Source: Dimargaris cristalligena (lineage: Eukaryota). From it: a stretch of DNA of 49,136 nucleotides. Below the pieces are notes generated by a model. The model ran no database searches and was not told where the DNA came from. It saw only the letters and a program-made list of their open reading frames with translations. Position 1 is the first letter of the stretch, and every line of letters begins with the position of its first letter. Made by a program: the position numbers and the translations under genes. The DNA lies in the NCBI GenBank assembly GCA_003614675.1, contig ML002277.1:1-49136 (forward strand), in the 5' to 3' direction. Below are positions 37,697-49,136 of the stretch, in pieces.

Positions 37697-40465
37697 ATGA
37701 TGCAAGTACCCATGCCTATGCCCATGGTGGACGACAAAAGCCGCATGATCCCTATGCCAAATCCTGCCATGGGCCGGCCCATCACCACCGCCAATGCCGA
37801 GTCCCAAATGCACGCCATGATGAACGAAATGGACCCATTCGCCCGGCGGCGCTCCGCCTTCCCAACCCCCTCCGTCAATCCGTCCGCCTCCACTCACCTC
37901 AAGCGGTCCACCACCGCCGCCTCTAAAGACCCCACCAGTGCCCCGACCATTTACGGTTACCGGTTAACCAAGTCCCTTGGTCGGGGTACTTTCAGTAAGG
38001 TCTACCTGGGGGTAAATAAGGCCACTGATGAGCATGTGGCCCTCAAATTCATCAAAAACCGCCCCGGTAGCAAATCGGATAAACACGAAATCCGCGTGCA
38101 ACGGGAGATTAACATCCTCACCCTCATTCAGCACCCCAATATCATTTCCATCAAAAAGCGGGCCGATACCACCAATAATACCATTTTAGTCATGGAGTAT
38201 GCCCAGGGTGGTGAGCTGCTCTCATATATCCGCCAGCACGGCCGATTACAGGAGCAGGAGGCCCGCGTCTTTTTCCGCCAAATCGTCTCCGCCATTGACT
38301 ACTGCCACAAAAACTGCGTCCTACACCGCGACTTAAAGCTCGAAAACGTCATGCTTGATGCGCGTAAGAGTATCAAAATCATTGACTTTGGCTTTGCCAA
38401 TACCTTCCGGTACGATAGCCTACTGGACACATTCTGCGGTTCCCCCTTCTACGCAGCCCCTGAAATGGTCAACGGGGTGAAATATGTTGGCCCCGAGGTC
38501 GATATTTGGAGTATGGGGGTCATTCTTTTCTTCATGCTCTGTGGCCGAACCCCCTTCGAGGGTGAAAACCTACGCGAAATCTACCAGAAGATTTCCCAGG
38601 GCCATTACACCATTCCCCCCAACACCAGCATCTCGAATTCCGCCGCCGACTTGATCCGGCGCATGCTTAATACTGCCAAGGAGAGCCGGATCAAGATGCA
38701 CGATATCCGCCATCATCCCTGGGTAATGGAGACCTACGGGCAACCCCCCGACGACCATTTCCCACCTAGGCTTAATCACTCGTCCCTACAGCCCCGGCCC
38801 CAGATTATCAAGGAGCTGGTCGCCCGCCATAACTACACCGAGCGGGAGGTTCGGGAGTCTCTCAAGGCCTATCCACCTGGCAGCCATCCCATTGTGGCCC
38901 TCTACTACCTCTACGCCGATTATCTAGATCGACGCCAACGTCAGAAATCCCAGAGCATCAGCCGACAACCACCTTCCCTGGAACAAAAGACGTCGACTAG
39001 CCGGGACAAGCCGGCTATCCGTATGTCCATGCCCGTGGGCGATCGGGCACCCTCCTCCCCGGGCGCCTTTACCAAGAATGGTTCAATGGCGGACAATAAA
39101 GCCCGGCGCAGCTTCCACCCGGTCAATTCCAACGGAGGCCTCCGCCCCGACGGACGGGGGGCGTATGGCTCGGCTGAGGAGCATGCCCGATTGCATGAAA
39201 TCCATGCCGAACGGGCTCGCAAGCATAGTAACTCCTCGGCCCGGCGGGAGTCTAATGGCCACCCCTCGGTCCCCGGAGCCCCCTATATTCCCGGAGGTCC
39301 ACCTAACAGCGAGTATTTTGAGCGTCCCAAACATCATTCCCAGAATTTGGGCGAGAGTCCAGGGGGCGGTGGTACCTCGTTCTTTTCATCCATCCTGGGC
39401 GGTTCTAGGTCGGGTGTTAACAGTAAGAGCGGCCACTTTGACCAGGGTTCATTGGGTAATCTGTCCGTCGGAGTCATTGATTCCTCCGCCCCGAACCTGG
39501 AGAAGAAGAATCGCAAGTCGGCCATTTTCCACTCCATCATTATGAAGGCCCGTAAATCCATGCCGTTCCTTATCCGAGCCCAACATTCGCCCCCAACCTC
39601 GCCTATGATGCCCTCGCCCCACATTGTTCCGCCCACCCCCCAAATCCGGGCTACGAAAGGCAGGTCGCTAGACCCCCGCTTCCAGAACCCCATGGACGCA
39701 TTTAACAACGGTGCTCTCGATCCCCGGATGATAGCGGTGCCTATGAGTGCCCCCGCAACCCCTCTATCGCCATCGTTTCCGCCAGGCCCGATGCCCTACT
39801 CGGCTTTCCTGCCTGGCCAAGCGGTCCCCGCGCCGATGCCACCGCCCCCCACTTCCCCGCTTAATCACCCGGCCATGCATATGATGCACCCCATGCCACC
39901 CACCAAACATGTTATTACCCAGTCGAATTTGGGCGAGCCCCACCTAGTGGCCTCCCCCCGGGTCGGCTCTGAAATTACGGCGGCGGCGGCGGCTGCCGCT
40001 GCTTTAGCACCCCAGTCCGCCCACGGCTCCCCTACCCTACTGGCGGTTCCCTCTCCGATGATGCCTCCGCCGCAACCCCCCCTGGTCGTCCCCGCGCCCA
40101 TGCCGCCGCCCCACATACCTGCCCCATCGTCCCCCCTTGGCGGTGGCGCCCCCAGAAAGACGGATGACGAACGGACCGGTCTGTCGGCTTTTTTGGAAGA
40201 CCGGCGCAACACTAACCTGCCTTTGGAGGAGCTACGGAGCCGGGTGGACCGGATCGTCGCGAACCACAGTATTGAGAGAATCGAAACGAAACCCTTTAGA
40301 TTCTTCTGTAGCTGTCGAGCCGGCAAGTACCGCGGCCAGTCGTTTGACCTTATTTTCACCAACCCGGCCCCAGGGACGAACTCCATTTGCTTCCGCCACA
40401 CCAAGGGGAATTGGATTACATTTAAAAAGATGGTCAATCGATTCTACAAGGACATGGGCATTTAA
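37697..40465 (+). CDS. CAMK-group KIN1/MARK-like Ser/Thr kinase with UBA-like segment and probable C-terminal KA1-like domain
   Basis: LGRGTFSKV, VALK, HRDLKLEN, DFG, TFCGSPFYAAPE and YVGPEVDIWS. A long Pro/Ser-rich linker precedes a compact C-terminal domain ending FRHTKGNWITFKKMVNRF. Confidence 0.93.
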   Translation: MMQVPMPMPMVDDKSRMIPMPNPAMGRPITTANAESQMHAMMNEMDPFARRRSAFPTPSVNPSASTHLKRSTTAASKDPTSAPTIYGYRLTKSLGRGTFSKVYLGVNKATDEHVALKFIKNRPGSKSDKHEIRVQREINILTLIQHPNIISIKKRADTTNNTILVMEYAQGGELLSYIRQHGRLQEQEARVFFRQIVSAIDYCHKNCVLHRDLKLENVMLDARKSIKIIDFGFANTFRYDSLLDTFCGSPFYAAPEMVNGVKYVGPEVDIWSMGVILFFMLCGRTPFEGENLREIYQKISQGHYTIPPNTSISNSAADLIRRMLNTAKESRIKMHDIRHHPWVMETYGQPPDDHFPPRLNHSSLQPRPQIIKELVARHNYTEREVRESLKAYPPGSHPIVALYYLYADYLDRRQRQKSQSISRQPPSLEQKTSTSRDKPAIRMSMPVGDRAPSSPGAFTKNGSMADNKARRSFHPVNSNGGLRPDGRGAYGSAEEHARLHEIHAERARKHSNSSARRESNGHPSVPGAPYIPGGPPNSEYFERPKHHSQNLGESPGGGGTSFFSSILGGSRSGVNSKSGHFDQGSLGNLSVGVIDSSAPNLEKKNRKSAIFHSIIMKARKSMPFLIRAQHSPPTSPMMPSPHIVPPTPQIRATKGRSLDPRFQNPMDAFNNGALDPRMIAVPMSAPATPLSPSFPPGPMPYSAFLPGQAVPAPMPPPPTSPLNHPAMHMMHPMPPTKHVITQSNLGEPHLVASPRVGSEITAAAAAAAALAPQSAHGSPTLLAVPSPMMPPPQPPLVVPAPMPPPHIPAPSSPLGGGAPRKTDDERTGLSAFLEDRRNTNLPLEELRSRVDRIVANHSIERIETKPFRFFCSCRAGKYRGQSFDLIFTNPAPGTNSICFRHTKGNWITFKKMVNRFYKDMGI

Positions 40466-41876
40466 ATAAAGCAATGTATGGCCCATCGTTTGCCTATCAC
40501 ATACACACACCTCCCTTCACCCTTTTGTTCCCTCGCTACCATTACGTCATTTGACCTGGCATTACTTGACTTATAGGCAATGCAGGTTTGTATTTATGCC
40601 CCTTCCCCTGTCTTCCTATCAAACATTCGCACACACCACTGCTTCACACCACCCCCTTTTTATACCCGACTGTTTGTATTTTGGGATACATGATGATTTA
40701 AGTTCTTTTTAGTTTTGCGTTATCGTTTATACTTTATTCTTCACCATTTGGTTATGACTCTTTCCTCCTTTTCCGACATGACCGATCAATTTTATATCAC
40801 TATCCCGCCTAGTTGACTGGTGTCCCTTTTTTTATCCATACATTTATCCTTTCGGCCTATCCCATATCTATTCTCACCTGGTTTGTGTACGTGACATCCG
40901 GCCTTTTTACACTCCCAATTATAGGCTTTACTGAATCTATCAAAATATCCCCCTTCCGATTCTAAATCCACCCCCTTTTATTCATTGAAAAACAAACCTT
41001 GTGTTGTATGTTATATATATAATAATTTGGTCTCTGACCCAATCAGCCATACATATAGTTTTTGCATGGCCCTATTCTTTTCAATTTCGTTGTCGTTGGT
41101 TTTTCTCGATATTGACGCCTCACTAGTACCTTGGGTTCCTCTCCCAAGGTGGAAAATCCCCAATACTAGTCGCCCCGATTTGATCTATTTCGCATATTAC
41201 TCATATATATATCTATACTACCATTAATATTTCTCGTTGGCCTACCGTTTCCCTTGTTGATGGTGAAGCACTTTGTGTATGCCCTCTCAGTGATTCGGTT
41301 ATATTCCATTCCCCTCGATTCATCTCTTCACACTATTCGGTTGAACACAGCAGAGTGTATGGTGCCCCCTTCCGCCTGTGCATGTTCCCTGGCTGCCTTC
41401 GTATTATCCTTATTTCTCTCACTATCGCTATATCTGCCTTAATAATATAATCAACCTCTCCATTATCCTGGTACCCAATGGGTTGTTTAGTATTGCTATA
41501 TGAATGGGACTACACAGCGAGTGATTTTGTTTAAACTGTATGGTAGCGGTTTAAATATTGAATGGTTTAGCGTGGGCTTTCTGAGGCGATGTATGGAGCT
41601 ACAATGCGCCATGCTATCTAAATAACATTTCAATTGATGAGATGTATGATGAAAGGAACGGCCAGCCATAGCCAGAATCCCACTTCTAAGACTAACGATA
41701 CCAGGCAGGCATACGCAATACACAATTAAGGTTCATTAACTATTTATTAGTACAATTCCACTGAAAAAAAAACAATAATAGATATCTCCTAGAAGGAGAT
41801 GGGGAGGGAAAAGAAGAGAGGAGGGGGACTTTTGACAAGTGATTGAAAGGTAATTTTCCTTAGGGAATTTCATGAT

Positions 41877-43651
41877 TTATTCAGTAGTGACAGTAGTTGT
41901 TTGGGGCACCGTGCCAGGGAAATTCAACCGCTCGTATTCTTCCATTTCAGCCAATTCCTTTTCCAGATGTTCGCAGGCAAGTTGGAGTTGGATGTTTTGG
42001 GTAGTGGTTTCCATCCATTGCTGTTCGAGGGTGTCCAGCGTGCGCTGGGCCTTCAGCTATTTTGTATGTTTTTTTTGCGGGTTGGTTGGTTTAGAAGAGC
42101 GGGAAGAGTGCAAAGAATTAGTACTGAAATGGTTAAAAGGGAGGGTACAATTGGCCAGCCCCTTTCCATATACCCTAGTCTATATATATATATATATATA
42201 TAGATATGTGTGTGTGTGTGTGTCAAAACAAAGCAAGTAATAAGATGGCATAAAACCTACCTGAAGGGTTTGGCGTTCACGGTTAATATCTAAATTAACC
42301 CTATCTAAATCCGCCTTGGTGGCCTCACACGCTGACTGCGTTTGCTGCAATTCGTTGTTAAACGTCCGCCAGGTGTTTGGACCCGTCTTTTGGAGAGTGT
42401 CGAGATTGGTTTGCCTAGTAGTGCAACGAGGATGGCGATGATTATTTACAAGCGGTAAAAATAATCGGGAATTAAAACAGCTAATCCAAATCGCGAGGGG
42501 GGGGGGGGGGGGTAGGTTCACAGCCCGAGTCCATTAGTCTACTATACTCGGCTATGGATCAATCATATCTACTTGGATTTAAGATGTGTGTGTGTGGAAA
42601 GAGGAGGGAAGGGGGAGGGGCAGCAATCAGAAAGGCGCAACATGAACCTTCTCAAATTCGACGGATAATTTACTTACCTGATGGTCTGGTGCTGGGCCTG
42701 GGCTTCCGCGTTGCGGAGGGCCTTCAGCCATTCCGTTACCTGGGTGGGATCCGAGGGCTCGGGGACATCGTACCGGGACGTGTCCAAAGGGGGTAGTTTG
42801 CGACCGCTAGTCACCCGCTGCCATTCGGTGTGCAGTATGGGCGAGCCCTGTTCGACCGACATGGGCCCAGTGTATTTAAAAAACCCCGGCTATACTCGTT
42901 AGTACTATGATCAGCCGATGGGTGGTCTCGTCAACCAGTCCGAATCTAACCTCTCCCGCCCATATAATAAAAGGAGGGGGGCATGGATTCCACCCTGCGA
43001 TTGGGGATATAACTAGAGGGCCAGGATCACTCGGAGAATTCATATACGTTAGGTACTAAGTGCCTATGACCCCAATTAAACCTACATTAAATAGTTCGGG
43101 TACCGGTGGAACATGGGCCAGGTAGTCGCCTTGCACAAATGGTACACCGTTCATTTCCTGGGCGATGAGGCTATCGACTTTCCGCTTAGTATCTACATTG
43201 GTAAAGGAGATGGGTGAAAATATGGATTAGTCGTTAACAAAGAAGAGTTGGTGATGGGTGGAGGGTATACATGCTTGTATAAAATAGCCGTTTGCAGAGG
43301 GAAAGAGAGCGTGTGTGTGTATACAACACACCATCCCTGCCAGACCAAAATATTCTGGGCCCTTTGGTATGCCCAATGGCGTAGGGCCGACGATAACTAT
43401 TATTAGCAATTACCTTCATTGTCGTAATCGTTATCGATATCTGGCGTAGAAAGCAGAGGAAAGGCCCGGGAAAGTTGAGCCATGTGTAATAGGGTTTTAC
43501 AGATGGTTAGTGACAGGGAGAATCCATAGTTACGCAGGTTCCCTATTTTAGCGCATGGGATGACCCCTCCAAATAGCCAAGTAAACGCCTGGGGCTGAAT
43601 GCGGCCGTGCATTGGGCAGCACTTACAGGGTAGGGAATCAACGACGTCCAT
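41877..43651 (-). CDS. SPF27: Pre-mRNA splicing factor SPF27/BCAS2; 6 exons
   Basis: MDVVDSLP|YIDNDY...KVDSLIAQEM...EWQRV...LDTSRY...EWLKALRNAEAQAQHQTIR|QTNLDTL...GPNTW...INRERQTLQ|...LEQQW. Confidence 0.9.
42181..42222. repeat. Compound (TA)11/(TG)8 microsatellite in an SPF27 intron
   Basis: Read directly. A G16 run lies at 42497-42512 in the neighbouring intron. Confidence 0.9.
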
Positions 43652-44295
43652 GGTGGCCGGTAGGATAAAGAGGGTGGGGGCGGATTGTAAGAATGGGTTA
43701 ATGGTAAGTAGTACGTAATAAGGGAAATACCAGGAAGAAAAATACACCAAAAAGAAAGCGGCCGACAAGTCACTTAAGCCAAGGCCAATTGATAGCAAGC
43801 CTAGAAAGGGAAGGTCCGGCTGTTAATCGAATGGGTGGTATAATATAACATCTCCCCCCTCCTATACTGTTCATGGCAGTCGCCAAACTTTCTCGCGTCG
43901 ACGCATTAGAATCCCCGGTGGGCTATAGCCACGGTCACGGTTAAAATTTGCCCCATAGAGGGGAGAGGAGTTTTCCCTTGCTATTGAGACTGCCTGGTAA
44001 GGAAAGGCAGTACGCACAACCCGCTGCTAAGTTGATCTGGGGCGCCATTCATTAGCTGTGGGTGAGAGAAGAGCAGACTGCCGATGTAGAGACTGGAAGA
44101 CTTGTGATTTGATTCATGGGCTCCCCCTTCCCATACTTCTTCGTTACTTGGATCCTTACAAAATCGTCTCTGTCGTCTTTCCCCCTCCTGCCATTGTTAC
44201 TTTAACTAGTACTGTATTTACATATAACATACCACTACTACTTCTTTCCCATTAACTCCTCCCCCCCACCTACCCCGCTTATCACTTGCTCCACA

Positions 44296-44966
44296 AGTAA
44301 GGCCCCGATCCCGCTCGACTGAATCCCGCTTTGAATTGTTCGCTTCTGTTTGATCCAGGCCCCCCATTGTTCTTGGTATAAAGAAGCTGATAGAAGCCCA
44401 CACACCTCCACCCGCGATGGATAAGGTCAGATCCACCCACCCATTCTTAAAAACTAAACCCATTTCTCTAAACTATTATTCTCCCCTATTAACCGACTCA
44501 CCCTTTCTTGACAGTGGCCAAGAAAGCCAAGGCCCGCACTATCCTGGTTAAGTTGCTAAGCACGGCCAGCACCGGCTACTTTTACGTACGGAGCCGGCCC
44601 CGTGTATCCCCTAAACTGTCCTTCATCAAATTTGACCCCCGGGGTAAGTATGCTTCTTTCTATACGTATATATACATAAAATACTACAGGAAATTTTTGG
44701 CGAGCATGGCATGGCGCTGACCTCCACAGCCTTGATCACCTTTCATTTAATGGTTTACGTATCTTTAGAGACCCATTCTCTGCAATGCCCCTTTCTATCT
44801 ACCAAGCCGCTGGTTGACTGCACCACAATGCCCTTATTTTATATACAGCTTCATACTAAATGGATTGTGAACTAACCCACTAGGATCCCCCTACTTTATT
44901 GAACTCGAACTTCCTATATCTTTAGTCAATCGCCGAGTACTGTTCAATGAAGCCAAAATGAAATAA
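44296..44966 (+). CDS. MRPL33: Mitochondrial ribosomal protein bL33m (56 aa); exons 44296, 44515-44643, 44926-44966
   Basis: [56 protein letters not shown]. The start codon is assembled as A|TG across intron 44297-44514. Confidence 0.9.
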
Positions 44967-45458
44967 TAGAAACCAAGTCACCCCCCGAATCTGCTTAATA
45001 GCGGAGGCTATCGATCATGTGCGCTTCTATACATCTTATTGATATTGGCATTGGTTCGATATCAATTTAACCTGCGACATGCCCTGCTTGAATTTTTTTT
45101 CCAATTTGATTCATCTTCAAAATATAGATTTACCCTTCTTTTCAACGCAGTAACTGCCAGAATTCCACATTGTTCAGGTTGAGAATAGATTTAGGGAAAT
45201 AATAATGGTGATGTTGATTTGTAATCGAAATAGTGCAAAAAATAATAATAGAAATTAACCGATAAAAATAAGTATATAAAGGGAATGTCCAGGTTTTCAT
45301 TCAAAGAAGGGGAATAAATCAGAAAAATAACGTAATAAATATATAAAGGAATGGATAATATACGGAACAGCGTGGCAGATAGGAAAGAGCCATATCCATA
45401 CCTATTAACAACACGTGTTTTTTTAGCAGAGGGCCCAATATTACTATTGCTAACTCGC

Positions 45459-47558
<2,100 letters not shown>

Positions 47559-49136
47559 GGTGTACTGTCAATGAAGGAGAGAAAAATAACGTAGTCAATA
47601 AAAAAAGGTCAATAAGAATAACCACAGCTAGAGGTAGCAGGTGATAAAGGCTTCGTGTAGGGCGGCTGAAAGTTAAAAAAAGCTAAATGGAGAGAAAGTA
47701 ATAGGTTTACGAGGAGAAGGGAATCCGTTCGGCTGAGGGAGCTAAGGGGTCGACGACGGTGGCAAATAACCAGATAATTGCTAAACCGACGAGGAATCCA
47801 ACGCTGGAACTGGACTGGACTGGGAAAAATAAGAGTCAGAAAGTAACCTTGGGAGCGACCCACGACGATTAGAAGAACAGGAAGGAGTCTCTTTGGTATC
47901 AGCTACGGGCAGTCGGGGTGTTTAAACTAAGTAAGTGTAAAGCAACAAGTGAAATAAATCATACTAAAGCAGGTAAAAATAAGACGCTGTGCGGGACGGA
48001 GATTATTCTCATTAAATAGCCTCTTCCCAGTGTCTCTGTGTATGCGCATTCCGTGCATATAGAGAGGGTGGATAAATGCTAAGGTGGGGGGAGAAGAGAG
48101 CGAGCGCGTTGCATTCTTTGTCCAGGGGGTGAACGAGTGGATCGAGGCATGGAGGTATGCGCCCGAGGCAGATGATTGGCTAGTGGGCAACGGTGAATAC
48201 GGCCCACAAACCAGTCACTTTGAGCCGAAATTGCGTGATTGCGCCAGAGGGAAAAACCCATTATTAACCAACTAAAACAAGCCAACCCCATGCAAAAAAA
48301 ATGGTGGTATGGACCACCCTCCCCCCTCAACAGTGTTTAGTTTGAATGTCCGTCGGGTATTATGATGGCCATTTCACCTACTAATAAATAAGTGCGTGAC
48401 CGAGCCCGCTTGGCAAAACAAAAGCACCGCCTAGATACATTTTTTCACCTGCCCAGCAACAGCTTTAGCACCACTCCAGCCAATTGATCTTACTAATGGC
48501 CCAACCCCTTTTGGATATGGTTTGTCATCTTTGGTATGTTTATACGAGGGTTGGCAATATTCAGCTGCCTCATGATAACCCATTTTCACCACCAGTATTG
48601 TTTATGTAAGAGAAATTAGGTCTGGCTGTATAGCAAAAGTCACATTTGATAGAGCTGGTTGTATCATTAGCTAAAAACAACTATACTGCCTATATCCCCA
48701 TCATATTATATAGTCCATGATATTTAGAATTCCTCCAAGCGAAAAAAAAAAAGTTATAGCATTGACTATTCCCAAGTGGTCACCCACCTCAGTACTAAAT
48801 CAACTGATATCCACTTAACTTCGCAGATCCAACGGGATACGGTGCAAACGGGTACATATGGCCATAACTGAAAATGTTGTGGTGTGGCAGAATGACTTAT
48901 ATAATAACAGGCGTAAATGTCTTATAATCAAAGAAATAATAGAATTAAACCTCAAAATAATTAGGACAACTGTAGGCAAAACTGCCGGTACAATTCATAA
49001 GAATGAAAAAAGAGATGTTTTATTAAGAGCTGCGATTCTTGGAGGTATTTATACTTAGGAGGTGGTTGAAGTTCAACCTGCGTAGTATTACTGTTTGGAT
49101 TGATAAATAATAACGAGTTTACGAATATATCTGGCT

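Noticed and set aside
22492..40510. Long antisense or alternative-frame ORFs over DBT, the 4CL-like gene and the kinase (e.g. 23065..23658, 27787..28383, 39865..40437)
   Set aside because: Shadows of GC-rich codon usage in well-supported genes.

Overview
Eukaryotic, intron-rich fungal genomic DNA with GT-AG introns mostly 100-600 nt long. Gene content (NDUFAF8, CCDC77, an Sld7/MTBP-like gene, a DUF1746 gene) suggests an early-diverging, non-Dikarya fungus; this is inference and the species cannot be fixed from the sequence. From about 4.4 kb onward it is an ordinary gene-dense block: YJR142W-type Nudix hydrolase, a small spliced orphan gene, proteasome beta-3, NDUFAF8, CCDC77, a secreted-type orphan, BCKDH E2, uL13m, a 4CL-like acyl-CoA ligase, Sld7-like, DUF1746, a KIN1/MARK-like kinase, SPF27, bL33m and MET2. 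The first ~3.9 kb differs sharply. It is almost free of CpG and holds two tandem, decaying paralogs of a poly-C2H2 (TGEKP-linker) zinc-finger gene. The copy whose 5' end is visible begins with a signal-peptide-like segment. This points to a family of secreted DNA-binding effector-like genes being inactivated by C->T hypermutation at CpG and CpA, and is the best candidate for an undescribed system here. All gene models and family calls were made by eye, without database searches.
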